This document shows, piece after piece, positions 48,138 to 58,189 of a stretch of 64,000 nt of DNA (position 1 is the first letter of the stretch; each line of letters begins with the position of its first letter). The DNA lies in NCBI GenBank assembly GCA_964354255.1, contig CAYGYX010000001.1, positions 38,474 to 102,473 on the forward strand, read 5' to 3'. The notes below the pieces were generated by a model, which saw only the letters and a list, made by a program, of their open reading frames with translations, was not told where the DNA came from and searched no databases. Made by a program: the position numbers and the translations under genes. The stretch comes from an uncultured Acidimicrobiia bacterium (GTDB taxonomy: Bacteria > Actinomycetota > Acidimicrobiia > Spongiisociales > UBA11373).

Positions 48138-50324
48138 ATGCGGCGCCAGATCGTCACCGTTGTCGTTGTCCTCGGCGTGCTGGCGGCCGCCTGCGGCACG
48201 CTGAGTGCGGTGGATGGGCCTCTCGCCGGGAAGGGGGGCCTGTCTCTCTTTGGCTCACTCGGCGGGGGGTCGGGGCCGCCCGGTGGGGCGGCCGGCGGGG
48301 CGGCCCGGCTGGAGCCGTTCGACACCTGCGATGCGCTGCTCGAGCACTTCCGGGCTGAGGCGCTCGCCCGGGTCGGCCCCTACGGCCTCGGCGGCGGGGT
48401 CGTGTACTACCCGTGGTTCGGCGGGGTGGATGTGGCCGAGAGCCTCAGCGCGGCGGCCGCGCCCAGGGGCACCGGCGGCGAGGTCGGCTACTCCACCACC
48501 AACACCCAGGTTCCCGGGGTGGATGAGCCCGACATAGTGGAGAGCGACGGGCAGCGGGTACTGATCGTGATGAACGGCACTCTCCACTACCTGGCGGTGG
48601 AAGGAGCCGACGCGCGCCTCGTCGGCTCGCTCGCACTGGAGGAGGGCTGGGACCACCGCTTCTTCATGTCGGGCGACCGGGCGCTGGTCTTCTCTCAGGG
48701 CGACGGCTATGCGGTCCCTCTCATGGAGTCCGCCGCGGACATCCTGCCCTCGAACGGGCCGATCACCCTGGTGCAGGAGATCGACCTCTCGGACCCGGCC
48801 CACCTGCGGGTGGCTCACACCCTGCGCATCGAGGGGAGCTACCTGAGCGCCCGGGCAATCGAGGGCACCGTGCGGCTGGTGATCTCGTCGTACCCCGCCG
48901 ACCTGCCCTTCGTGTACCCGAGCAGCCCCGGCGCCGAGGACCTGGCCTTGGAGGCCAATCGGCGGGTCGTGGAGCAGTCGACTCTGGACGACTGGCTGCC
49001 CTCCTACACCCTCTTCGCCGGGGACCAGGTGACGGAGGAGGGCCTGCTGGTGGACTGCGAGGGAACCCACCGCCCGGCCGCCTTCGCCGGGTTCGACACC
49101 CTGTCGGTGCTCACCCTCGACCTCGACGAGGGCCTCGCCCCGGGGTCCGTCGCGGCGGTCATCGCCCAGGGTGAGATGGTGTACGCCTCCACCGAGCACC
49201 TGTTCGTGGCCACCAACGTGTGGGTCCCGGGGGAGTTGGTGGGCGGCGCCGACCTGGCGCGTATCGAGGACGAGTACTCAACCGCCATCCACGCCTTCGA
49301 CATCACCGGCGACGGGCCGGCCCGCTACCTGGCCTCGGGCAGCGTGGAGGGCCATCTGCTCAACCAGTTCGCCATGGATGAGCACGAGGGGTACCTCCGG
49401 GTGGCCACCACCGGGGGAGCCCCGTGGAGCGCCACCCAGGCTGCGGAGAGCGCGGTGACGGTGCTTGCCATCCGGGGAGACCGCCTGGAGCGGGTGGGCC
49501 GGGTGGGCGACCTGGGCCAGGGGGAGAGCATCTACTCGGTGCGCTTCCTGGGCGCCACCGGCTATGTCGTCACCTTCCGCCAGACCGACCCCCTGTACGT
49601 CATCGACCTGCGCGACCCGGCCGCCCCTCGGGTGTCCGGGGAGCTGGAGATCGCCGGGTACTCCGCCTACCTGCACCCGCTGGGCGAGGGGCGCCTGCTG
49701 GGGGTGGGCCGGGAGGCCACCGAGGAGGGATGGGTCACCGGGGCCAAGGCGACCCTGTTCGACGTGTCCGATCCGGCTGCGCCCCGGGTGATCGACACCT
49801 GGACCCTCCCCGACGCCTACAGCGACGTGGAGTTCGACCACCTGGCCTTTCTGTACTGGGCTCCCGCCGAGATGGTGGTGCTCCCCATGCAGGACTGGTC
49901 CAGCGGCTTCGCCGGGGCGGTGGTGCTGGAAACCGACGACGGGCTGCGTGAGGTGGGACGGGTGAGCCATGAGCCGGATGACGGCCCGGGTGTCTCGGAC
50001 TGCCGCCCGATCGGGTTCGGGGAGCCCAAGGAGGTCACCGTGCAGGTGTGCGGGCCCGACGACCTGGGCGGCGTCGGCGGCCGATCCTGCGAAGTGATCC
50101 CCGCCGAAGGAGCCGCCGACGTGCTGGGCAGCTTCGGGCTGGGCGGTGTGGAACTGGCCCCGGACGAGCGCATCGAGGTCTGCTGGCCCGACTACTACTC
50201 CTCGGCTGCCCCCATCACGCGTTCGCTGGTGATCGGGGACACGCTGTGGACCCTCTCGGGGCTGCGGCTGCAGGGCAACGACCTGGCCACGCTGGAGGTG
50301 GTCGATCGGGTGCCGCTGGGCTGA
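48138..50324 (+). CDS. secreted beta-propeller domain lipoprotein (PF09826-like)
   Basis: M21 of ORF 48078..50324 with a GGAGGAG SD. The signal peptide carries a LAAAC lipobox. The body is a ~700-aa beta-rich protein with several conserved Cys. Confidence 0.7.
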   Translation: MRRQIVTVVVVLGVLAAACGTLSAVDGPLAGKGGLSLFGSLGGGSGPPGGAAGGAARLEPFDTCDALLEHFRAEALARVGPYGLGGGVVYYPWFGGVDVAESLSAAAAPRGTGGEVGYSTTNTQVPGVDEPDIVESDGQRVLIVMNGTLHYLAVEGADARLVGSLALEEGWDHRFFMSGDRALVFSQGDGYAVPLMESAADILPSNGPITLVQEIDLSDPAHLRVAHTLRIEGSYLSARAIEGTVRLVISSYPADLPFVYPSSPGAEDLALEANRRVVEQSTLDDWLPSYTLFAGDQVTEEGLLVDCEGTHRPAAFAGFDTLSVLTLDLDEGLAPGSVAAVIAQGEMVYASTEHLFVATNVWVPGELVGGADLARIEDEYSTAIHAFDITGDGPARYLASGSVEGHLLNQFAMDEHEGYLRVATTGGAPWSATQAAESAVTVLAIRGDRLERVGRVGDLGQGESIYSVRFLGATGYVVTFRQTDPLYVIDLRDPAAPRVSGELEIAGYSAYLHPLGEGRLLGVGREATEEGWVTGAKATLFDVSDPAAPRVIDTWTLPDAYSDVEFDHLAFLYWAPAEMVVLPMQDWSSGFAGAVVLETDDGLREVGRVSHEPDDGPGVSDCRPIGFGEPKEVTVQVCGPDDLGGVGGRSCEVIPAEGAADVLGSFGLGGVELAPDERIEVCWPDYYSSAAPITRSLVIGDTLWTLSGLRLQGNDLATLEVVDRVPLG

Positions 50325-50380
50325 GCGGTGGGTGAGCAGGGGGTGGAGGAGGGACGCTGCCCGTGCGGCCGGGCCCGCCC

Positions 50381-51412
50381 TCAGTTGGTCTGCCCGCTCC
50401 CCATCCGGGCCCAGCGGCCTCCCAGGTGCTGGTGGGCGCCGGTGCGCAGGTGGCAGGAGGCGAGGTGGTCAGGCTGGCCGGGCACCTCGGCCAGTGCGGG
50501 CACCTCCTTGTCGCAGATCCCGCGCTCGGCGATAGGGCAGCGGCTGTGGAAGGGGCAGCCGCTGGGCGGGTGGAGCGGGCTGGGGATCTCGCCGGGGAGG
50601 AGGATCTGGCGACGCACCCGCTTGGGGTCGGGAACCGGGATGGCCGAGAGCAGGGCCAGGGTGTAGGGGTGGTAGGGATTGCTGAAGACCTCGTCGCGGG
50701 TCCCCACCTCGACCAGGCGGCCCAGGTACATCACTGCGATGCGGTCGCAGAGGTGCTCCACGACGCTCAGGTTGTGGGCGATGAAGAGCACCGTGAGGTG
50801 CAGGTCGCGCTGCAGCTCCTTGAGCAGGTTGAGGATCTGTGACTGGATGGAGACGTCGAGGGCGGAGACCGGCTCATCGCATACCAGGAAGCGGGGTTTG
50901 ACCGCCAGGGCCCGGGCGATGCCGATGCGCTGGCGCTGCCCGCCGGAGAACTCGTGGGGGAAGCGCCGGTAGTGGTACTGCTCCAGGCCGACCAGTTCGA
51001 GGGCCTCCAGGGAGCGCTGGCGCCGCTCGTCCCGGGCCACCCCGTGCACCCGCAGGCCCTCGGCGATGCTCTCCCCGATGGGGGTGCGGGGATCCAGGGA
51101 GGAGAACGGGTCCTGGAAGATGATCTGCATCTCCCGACGCGTGGAGCGCAGCGCCCGCTCCTTGAGATGGCCTATGTCCCGGCCGTCGAAGAGGATCTGG
51201 CCGGAGTCGGCCGCGATGAGGCGCAGCAGCATCCGCCCGATGGTGCTCTTGCCGCACCCCGACTCGCCCACCAGACCGAGCGATTCCTGTTCGAAGATCT
51301 GGAGGTCGACCTCGCTGACCGCCTGCACGTGGCCGACGATGCGCTGCATGGCGCCCCCCTTGACGGGGAAGGTCTTCGACACCCGGCGGGCTTCGACGAG
51401 GACCTTGCTCAC
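50381..51412 (-). CDS. oppF: oligopeptide/dipeptide ABC transporter ATP-binding protein (OppF/DppF-like) with C-terminal oligo_HPY domain
   Basis: Walker [10 protein letters not shown], signature [15 protein letters not shown], Walker [13 protein letters not shown], and a C-terminal YHPYT...CPFHSRCP motif. Confidence 0.9.
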   Translation of the reverse strand: MSKVLVEARRVSKTFPVKGGAMQRIVGHVQAVSEVDLQIFEQESLGLVGESGCGKSTIGRMLLRLIAADSGQILFDGRDIGHLKERALRSTRREMQIIFQDPFSSLDPRTPIGESIAEGLRVHGVARDERRQRSLEALELVGLEQYHYRRFPHEFSGGQRQRIGIARALAVKPRFLVCDEPVSALDVSIQSQILNLLKELQRDLHLTVLFIAHNLSVVEHLCDRIAVMYLGRLVEVGTRDEVFSNPYHPYTLALLSAIPVPDPKRVRRQILLPGEIPSPLHPPSGCPFHSRCPIAERGICDKEVPALAEVPGQPDHLASCHLRTGAHQHLGGRWARMGSGQTN

Positions 51413-52401
51413 GGGATCTCCTGGTACAGCCAGCAGCGCACCTTATGGGCCGGCTCGACCTCCCGCAGGTCGGGCTCGGTCACCGTGCAGATCTGCAGGT
51501 TGTTGTCGACGCGGGCGCGGCAGCGCGAGGCGAAGCGGCACCCCGGGGGCAGATCTATCAGGTTGGGAACGCGGCCGGGGATGACTTCCAGCCACTCCTT
51601 GCGGGTGCCGATGATGGGGACCGAGCCGATGAGGCCCACCGTGTAGGGGTGCTTGGGACGGGCGAAGAGCACTTCGGTGGAGGCTTCCTCCACGATCCGC
51701 CCGGCGTACATGACAGCCACCCGGTCGGCCATCTCGGCGACGATGCCCAGGTCGTGGGTGATGAGGATGATGGCCATCCCCAGGTCGGCCCGCAGCTTCC
51801 GCATCAGGTCGAGGATCTGGGCCTGGATGGTGACGTCGAGGGCGGTGGTGGGCTCATCGGCGATGAGCAGCTCGGGCCCGGCGGCGAGCGCCATGGCGAT
51901 CATCACCCGCTGCGCCATGCCCCCGGAGAGTTCGTGCGGGTAGGACTTGACCCGGCGGGCCGGGTCGGAGATCCCCACCAGGGAGAGCATCTCCACCGCC
52001 TTCTCTTCGCCGGCCCGGCGCTTCATGCCCTGGTGGACCTCGTAGACCTCGGCGATCTGGAACCCGGCGGTGTACACCGGGTTCAACGACGACACCGGCT
52101 GCTGGAAGATCATCGAGATGCGGTCTCCGCGGATGGCCTGCATCTCGTGGATGCTCTTGGTGAGCAACTCCTCGCCCCGGAAGTGGATCTGCCCCTCGAC
52201 GACCTTTCCCGGGTCGGCGACCAGGCGCAGGATCGACAGCGCGGTGACGCTCTTGCCGCAGCCCGATTCGCCCACCAGGCCGAGGATCTCCCCGCGGTCG
52301 ATGCGGAGGTCCACGCCGTCTACCGCCTTCACTACCCCGTCTCGGGTGAAGTAGTAGGTGGAGAGGTTCTCGACCTCGAGGAGGTGTGTGGCGTCGCTCA
52401 T
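51409..52401 (-). CDS. oppD: oligopeptide/dipeptide ABC transporter ATP-binding protein (OppD/DppD-like)
   Basis: M230 of ORF 51409..53088. [40 protein letters not shown] and a C-terminal KHPYTVGL...CRFASRC. The ATG overlaps the oppC stop (ATGA). Confidence 0.9.
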   Translation of the reverse strand: MSDATHLLEVENLSTYYFTRDGVVKAVDGVDLRIDRGEILGLVGESGCGKSVTALSILRLVADPGKVVEGQIHFRGEELLTKSIHEMQAIRGDRISMIFQQPVSSLNPVYTAGFQIAEVYEVHQGMKRRAGEEKAVEMLSLVGISDPARRVKSYPHELSGGMAQRVMIAMALAAGPELLIADEPTTALDVTIQAQILDLMRKLRADLGMAIILITHDLGIVAEMADRVAVMYAGRIVEEASTEVLFARPKHPYTVGLIGSVPIIGTRKEWLEVIPGRVPNLIDLPPGCRFASRCRARVDNNLQICTVTEPDLREVEPAHKVRCWLYQEIP

Positions 52402-53396
52402 CGGTTCAGCCTGGGGTCGAGGGCGTCGCGCAGGCCATCGCCGAGGAGGTTGAAGGAGAGGACGTTCCACATGATGGCCAGGCCGGGGAAGAAGACCAGG
52501 TGGGGGGCGGTGAAGACCTGGTTCCGCTCGGCTGCCAGCATCGATCCCCACTCGGCGGTGGGGGGCCGCACGCCCAGGCCCAGGAAGGAGAGGGCGGCGA
52601 TCTCGAGCACGGCGGTGGCGACACCCAGGGTGGCCTGCACCACCAGGGGGGTTAGGGAGTTGGGGAGGATCCGGTTCCAGATGATGCGGGCGGTGGAGAC
52701 GCCGAGGGCGCGGTCGGCGGCCACGTAGTCGTTCTCTCGCACGGTGAGCACCGCCGAGCGCACGACGCGGGCGTAGGCGGGGATGGTGACGACCGAGATG
52801 GCCAGCATGGCGTTGATCAGGCCCTGGCCCAGCACGGTGATGATGGCGATGGCCAAGAGCAGTGAGGGGAAGGCCAGCAGGACGTCCATGACGCGCATGA
52901 TCAGGTTGTCGACGCGGCCCCCGAAGAAGCCGGCGATCAGGCCCAGGAGGGTGCCGACGGCCACTGCTCCGGCCACCGACCCGACGCCGGCGATGAGGGA
53001 GACCCGGGACCCGTAGATCAGGCGACTGAACTCGTCCCGCCCGTTGCCGTCGATGCCGAGGATGTGCTGCGGCTTGGACTCGTCGCACCCGAAGAGGTGG
53101 ATGCAGGGCGGATCACGCGGTGTGATGTCCTCCTTTCCGAGGAGGACATCAGTGGGCTGGTAGGGGGCGATGAGGGGGGCGAACACGGCGATGAGCACGA
53201 GGATGCTCAACATCACCAGGCCGATGAGGGCCGAGCGCTTGTGGATCAACTCCCGGAAGGCGGTGGCCCACAGGCCGCGGGTTTCGGGGATACGGGTGGT
53301 CTCGCCGCGCAGGTCGGCGGCCTCGGGGGCGACGCCGGCCGGCAGTGGTCCCTCGGGATGGAGGGGGTCGGGCACGAGGCCGCCGAGGCCGGTCAC
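52398..53396 (-). CDS. oppC: oligopeptide ABC transporter permease (OppC/DppC family)
   Basis: 332 aa. A BPD_transp_1 core with an EAA-like loop ([24 protein letters not shown]). The GTG overlaps the oppB stop (GTGA). Confidence 0.9.
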   Translation of the reverse strand: MTGLGGLVPDPLHPEGPLPAGVAPEAADLRGETTRIPETRGLWATAFRELIHKRSALIGLVMLSILVLIAVFAPLIAPYQPTDVLLGKEDITPRDPPCIHLFGCDESKPQHILGIDGNGRDEFSRLIYGSRVSLIAGVGSVAGAVAVGTLLGLIAGFFGGRVDNLIMRVMDVLLAFPSLLLAIAIITVLGQGLINAMLAISVVTIPAYARVVRSAVLTVRENDYVAADRALGVSTARIIWNRILPNSLTPLVVQATLGVATAVLEIAALSFLGLGVRPPTAEWGSMLAAERNQVFTAPHLVFFPGLAIMWNVLSFNLLGDGLRDALDPRLNR

Positions 53397-54454
53397 GTGA
53401 TCCGCACCTTCGGGTTCAGGTAGGTGTAGAGGATGTCCACCACCATGTTGACCAGGACGAAGCCCACCGCCACCACCAGGGTGAAGCCCTGCACGACCGC
53501 GTAGTCACGGGAGGTGATGGCGTCGTAGAGGCTCTTCCCCACGCCGGAGAGGCCGAAGATCGTCTCGGTGAGGATTGCCCCGCCCATCAGCGTGCCCAGG
53601 GAGAGCCCGATCACCGTGACCACCGGCATCAAGGCGTTGCGCAGGGCGTGGCGGATGACCACCCGCTTCTCGGGGAGCCCCTTGGCCCGGGCGGTGCGCA
53701 CGTAGTCGAGGCTGAGCACGTCGAGTAGCGAGGAGCGGGTCATGCGGGCGATCACCGCCATAGGGATGGTGCCCAGAGCCAGCGCTGGCAGGATGAGGTG
53801 GCCGGCGGCGCTGCGGAAGGCCGTCCAGTTGCCGCTGAGGACGGCGTTGGCCACGTTCATGTTGGAGATGAAGTCGAAGATGCCCCAGGCGGGCAGCCCC
53901 CACGATTCGTAGAAGGGAGCGGGGATCAGGCCGGCGTCGAGCGACCCCGACGGCGGCAGTGATAAGAAGGTGCCCCCCAGGACGACGGCAAAGAGGTACT
54001 GGAGCATGAGGCCGAGCCAGAAGACCGGCATCGAGACCCCGATGTTGGCCCCCACCATGGTGGCCACGTCGGCGGCCGAGTTGTGCTTGTAGCCGGAGAT
54101 GATCCCAAAGGGGACCCCGACCAGCACCGCCACCGTCAGCGCTGACATCGACAGCTCGATGGTGATCGGGAGGCGCTCCAACAACATGGTGGTCACCGGC
54201 CGGCCGAAGCGGAACGACTCGCCCAGGTTGCCGGTGAAGACGTCCTTGAGGTAGATCCAGAACTGGACCCAGATGGGGTCGTTGAGTCCCTTGCGCTCCA
54301 GGAAGGCGTCGCAGATCTGGTCGGTGGCTCGCTCACCGAGCACCGCCCGGCACGGGTCACCCGGGATCACCCTCGCCAGCAGGAAGGTCACGAAGAGGAT
54401 GCCCAAGAGCACCGGGATCGAATAGAGCAGGCGGCGGGCTACGAAGCGGGCCAT
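53393..54454 (-). CDS. oppB: oligopeptide ABC transporter permease (OppB/DppB family)
   Basis: 353 aa. MARFVARRLLYSIPVLLGILFVTFLLARVIPGDP... and an EAA loop DYVRTARAKGLPEKRVVIRHALRNAL. Confidence 0.9.
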   Translation of the reverse strand: MARFVARRLLYSIPVLLGILFVTFLLARVIPGDPCRAVLGERATDQICDAFLERKGLNDPIWVQFWIYLKDVFTGNLGESFRFGRPVTTMLLERLPITIELSMSALTVAVLVGVPFGIISGYKHNSAADVATMVGANIGVSMPVFWLGLMLQYLFAVVLGGTFLSLPPSGSLDAGLIPAPFYESWGLPAWGIFDFISNMNVANAVLSGNWTAFRSAAGHLILPALALGTIPMAVIARMTRSSLLDVLSLDYVRTARAKGLPEKRVVIRHALRNALMPVVTVIGLSLGTLMGGAILTETIFGLSGVGKSLYDAITSRDYAVVQGFTLVVAVGFVLVNMVVDILYTYLNPKVRIT

Positions 54455-54534
54455 TGGGGTGCCAATCTAATGCGGGAAGGGGTGGGGGGCGCCCTCCGGG
54501 GCGCCCCCCACTGGTTGTGGTTCGGTGCGGCCGC

Positions 54535-56217
54535 TTACCCCTCGGCGGGCGGGGCGTTCAGGAACTGCCCGAACAGGCCCGGGAAGTAGGTGAAGCTGCC
54601 GTCACGGCCGACGTGGAGCGGGCTGGCCGCGTCCCACTGCACGTAGTAGGACATGACCACGTCGTTGGCATCGAGGGTGCTGCCGTCGTGGAACAGCACG
54701 CCTTCCCGTAGAGCGCAGGTCCACACGGTCAGGTCCTCGTTGGGGTCGCAGGCGGTGGCCAGGCCCGGCTCCACGGTCGTGCCGCCGACCTCGAAGGAGA
54801 GCAGCGACTCCATCATCTGCTCGCAGGCCCGGAGGCTCTCGCCGTCGGACTCGTCGGCGCAGTAGAGGCCGATGGGCTCGGCGTTCTGCATCCAGACGAA
54901 GGTATCCCGGCCGCCCGGGTCCACCACGGCGAAGTACTCGTTGCCCAGCGGGCTGGCGTGAGCCCCGGTGACGTCGGCCCTGTAGGCCAGGCCGGAGCCG
55001 CCGTAGGCCACCGGGATCATGGGCACGTGCTCCTTGATCAGGTCGGTCACCTGGGCGTAGAGCACGTTGCGCTCCGCCTGGTCGGACAGGGCCGCCGCCT
55101 CGGTGAGGAGAGCAGCGATGTCCTCGTAGATGGTGCCGAACTGGTCGGAGGCGCCGGCCCCGAAGTGGTAGTCGAAGAAGTTCGTCGCATCCGGGTAGTC
55201 GGCGTTCCAGCCCAGCAGGTGGAGGCCGTCGAGTTCCCCGGAGTCGGCGGCGTCGATGAAGGCGCCCGACTCCATCACGTTGATGGTGACGTTGACGCCG
55301 ATCTCGGCCAGCTGCGCCTGGATGTCCACGGCCACGACGGCGGGCTGGGGCAGGTAGGCGCGCACCACGTCGCGGTACCAGAGGTTGATGTCGAGCCCGT
55401 CGGCGTATCCGGCCTCGGCCAGCAAGGCCATGGCCGCCTCGGGGTCGTACTCGTACCAGGTTGCTCCCTCGACGTAGCCGGGGATGAAGGAGGGCAGGAA
55501 CTGCTCCGCGACCAGCGATCCGCCGGGGTAGAAGTTGTCCACGATCCGCTGCTTGTCGATGGCCATGGCGATCGCCTGGCGGACCTGCTCGTTGTCGAAC
55601 GGCGGGTAGGTGTTGTTCATCCCGACGTAGAAGATGTTGAAGCCCGGGCGTTCGATCAACTGCAAGTCCGCATCGGCGGCCACGGTGGCGAAGTCGTCGG
55701 TGCCGACGTTGTCGATCCCATCGATGGTGCCGGCCTGCAGCTCCACGAGCCGCTGGGCCGCTTCCGCGCTCCAGCGGAAGACGATGGTATCGGCGATGCC
55801 GGGGGTGCCCCAGTAGTCAGGGTTCCTGGTCATGATCAGCTGGTTGCCGCGGTCCCACTGCTCGAGCATGTAAGGGCCGGTGCCGATCGGGTTGCTGACC
55901 AGCGCGTCGCCGCCGCCGCCCGTCTCCTCGAGGTACTCGGCGGATTGGATCCCGAAGGCGGAGAAAGCCACCTTCGAGGGGAAGGCCACATCCGGGGAGC
56001 ACAGCTCGAAGCGCACGGTCAGGGCGTCGACCGCCTCGATCGTCTTGAACTCGCCGCCGTACTCGCAGTCCGGCGCCGAGTAGGACAGGGCCTCAAAAGG
56101 CGCTGCCGTGGTGGTAGGTGCCCCCGTCGTCGTGGTGGTCTCGCCCTCGTCGTCGCCGCAGGCGGCGACCAGCAGGGCGAGCACGGCGAGGAGAGCGAGG
56201 AATCTCAGTTTTCTCAT
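54535..56217 (-). CDS. oppA: ABC transporter substrate-binding lipoprotein, family 5 (OppA/DppA-like)
   Basis: 560 aa. The signal peptide carries a LVAACG lipobox, followed by a T-rich linker. The SBP_bac_5 body includes TGPYMLEQWDRGNQLIMTRNPDYWG. Confidence 0.9.
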   Translation of the reverse strand: MRKLRFLALLAVLALLVAACGDDEGETTTTTGAPTTTAAPFEALSYSAPDCEYGGEFKTIEAVDALTVRFELCSPDVAFPSKVAFSAFGIQSAEYLEETGGGGDALVSNPIGTGPYMLEQWDRGNQLIMTRNPDYWGTPGIADTIVFRWSAEAAQRLVELQAGTIDGIDNVGTDDFATVAADADLQLIERPGFNIFYVGMNNTYPPFDNEQVRQAIAMAIDKQRIVDNFYPGGSLVAEQFLPSFIPGYVEGATWYEYDPEAAMALLAEAGYADGLDINLWYRDVVRAYLPQPAVVAVDIQAQLAEIGVNVTINVMESGAFIDAADSGELDGLHLLGWNADYPDATNFFDYHFGAGASDQFGTIYEDIAALLTEAAALSDQAERNVLYAQVTDLIKEHVPMIPVAYGGSGLAYRADVTGAHASPLGNEYFAVVDPGGRDTFVWMQNAEPIGLYCADESDGESLRACEQMMESLLSFEVGGTTVEPGLATACDPNEDLTVWTCALREGVLFHDGSTLDANDVVMSYYVQWDAASPLHVGRDGSFTYFPGLFGQFLNAPPAEG

Positions 56218-56351
56218 GTCGTTTCCCTCGTTCAGCCGATATGTCTATCCCGACCGGTGAGATCGGGATAGGAGAAGCCTAGTCGCGGCCGGCCTGTCGG
56301 TGCGGCGGCGACCCGCGGAACCGACAGAACACGAAGCCCGACAAGGGCTTC

Positions 56352-56852
56352 TCAGGTGGTGTCGAACGCGGGGTGGTAGCGGACCTCCCCGGAGAGGCCG
56401 GCGGCGGCCCCGGCCCGCACCTCGAGTGCCTGGAAGGCCTCGCCGGCGTCCCGGTAGTGGAGGCCGAAGCGTTCGGCGGGGGCGAAGCCGAAGCGGCCGT
56501 AGTAACCGGGGTAGCCGAGCACCACCACCAGGCCTTCGTCCCGTACCCGGCAGTGCTGCAGGAAGGCATCTACCAGCAGGGCGCCGATGCCCCGCCCCTG
56601 GTAGTCAGGGTCCACCGCCAGCGGTCCCAGGGCCACGGCCGCCCGTTCCACGCCGCCGGCGGCCACCGGGGAGAGAGCCACGTGGCCGACCACCCGGTCG
56701 CGTACTAGGGCAACCAGGGAGGCCAGCAGCGCTCCCTGGCCGCGCAGGGACTCCACCACCGCGGCCTCGACGGTGCCTCCGAAGGCGCGGATGTGCACCT
56801 CCGAGATGGCCTCGTCGTCGTTCGGCTCCTCGGCCCGGATCATCACCTTCAC
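56352..56852 (-). CDS. GNAT family N-acetyltransferase (YhbS-like)
   Basis: 166 aa. [26 protein letters not shown]...[27 protein letters not shown]... is a GNAT core. Confidence 0.8.
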   Translation of the reverse strand: MKVMIRAEEPNDDEAISEVHIRAFGGTVEAAVVESLRGQGALLASLVALVRDRVVGHVALSPVAAGGVERAAVALGPLAVDPDYQGRGIGALLVDAFLQHCRVRDEGLVVVLGYPGYYGRFGFAPAERFGLHYRDAGEAFQALEVRAGAAAGLSGEVRYHPAFDTT

Positions 56853-56946
56853 GGCGGCCCTCTGTGTTTGGTGTGTGGCGACCAGCCTACGGCAGCGGCG
56901 GGCCTGCTCCTACTTCGAGGGGCAGGAACTGCTGTGGCCTGGGGAG

Positions 56947-56990
56947 CTTGGCCCAAAGCAACGGGCGGCGGAGCCTTTGTTCCGCCGCCC
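56947..56990 (-). terminator. putative intrinsic terminator after fadA (minus strand)
   Basis: On the minus strand: GGGCGGCGGA acaaagg CTCCGCCGCCC, a 10-bp GC stem, followed by GTTGCTTTGGG. Confidence 0.45.
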
Positions 56991-57012
56991 GAGCTCGTCG
57001 TTTGGATTGCCG

Positions 57013-58167
57013 TTACTTCGCCCGACGGAAGATGGCCGCCGCCCCCATGCCGCCGCCGATGCACATGCTGACGATGCCGTATTCGACCTCGCGGCGCTTC
57101 ATCTCGTGCAGCAGGGTGGCGGTGAGCTTGGCGCCGGTGCACCCCAGGGGGTGGCCCAGGGCGATTGCCCCGCCGTTGACGTTGACCTTGGCCGGGTCCA
57201 GCCCCAGTGTCCGCACGCAGTAGAGGGCCTGGCTGGCGAAGGCCTCGTTCAACTCGATCAGGCCGATGTCCTCGACCTTGAGGCCTGCCTTGGCGAGGGC
57301 CTTGGGGATGGCCACCGAGGGCCCGATGCCCATCTCGTCGGGGTGCACCCCGGCCAACTGGAAGGTGACCAGCTCCGCGAGCGGAGCCAAGCCCAGCTCG
57401 TCGGCCTTGGCCTTGGTCATCAGCAGTTCCACCGCCGCCCCGTCGGAGGTCTGCGAGGAGTTGCCGGCGGTGGACACACCGTCCACTTTGAAGGCCGGGC
57501 GCAGTTTGGCCATCGCCTCCAGGGTGCTGTCGCGCGGCCCGTCGTCGGTGTCGAAGACGAGCTCCTTGCCGTCCAGCTTGGTGGCAATGGGGATGATCTC
57601 GTCCTGGAAGCGCCCCTCCTTGATGGCGGCCAGCGCCCGCCGGTTCGACTCCAGGCCGAAGGCATCCTGGTCGGCACGGCTGATCCCGTAGCGGCTGGAG
57701 ACATTCTCACTGGTGACGCCCATCGACTCGTAGGCGCTGGGGAAGTTGTCCGCCAGCCAGGGGTTGGGGGCGGGCTTGCCGCCGCCCATGGGGACTGTGG
57801 TCATCGACTCGACGCCGCCGGTAAGGACGATGTCCGACCAGCCGGCCACGATCTCCCCGGCCCCGGTGGCCAGGGTCTGCAGCCCCGACGAGCAGAACCG
57901 GTTGATCGTCATGCCCGGCACTGTGATCGGGATGCCGGCCCGCAGCAGAGCGAGCCGGGCCACGTTCATGCCCTGCTCGGCCTCCGGGAAGGCGCAGCCG
58001 ATGACCACGTCGTCGATGGCGGCGGGATCCAGCTCGGGGACCCGCTCCATCAGGCCCTTGATGAGCTGGGCGAGCAGCTCATCGGGCCGGGTGTGCCGCA
58101 AGGTGCCTCGACCCGAACGGCCCACCGCAGTGCGGTAGGCGTGGGTTACGACGACTCCTGTGCTCAT
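57013..58167 (-). CDS. fadA: acetyl-CoA C-acyltransferase (thiolase)
   Basis: M30 of ORF 57013..58254 with an [22 protein letters not shown] is the active-site Cys region. NEAFASQ and [15 protein letters not shown] are C-terminal thiolase signatures. Confidence 0.9.
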   Translation of the reverse strand: MSTGVVVTHAYRTAVGRSGRGTLRHTRPDELLAQLIKGLMERVPELDPAAIDDVVIGCAFPEAEQGMNVARLALLRAGIPITVPGMTINRFCSSGLQTLATGAGEIVAGWSDIVLTGGVESMTTVPMGGGKPAPNPWLADNFPSAYESMGVTSENVSSRYGISRADQDAFGLESNRRALAAIKEGRFQDEIIPIATKLDGKELVFDTDDGPRDSTLEAMAKLRPAFKVDGVSTAGNSSQTSDGAAVELLMTKAKADELGLAPLAELVTFQLAGVHPDEMGIGPSVAIPKALAKAGLKVEDIGLIELNEAFASQALYCVRTLGLDPAKVNVNGGAIALGHPLGCTGAKLTATLLHEMKRREVEYGIVSMCIGGGMGAAAIFRRAK

Positions 58168-58189
58168 TCTCCTCTGCTCCTTTCGCCCG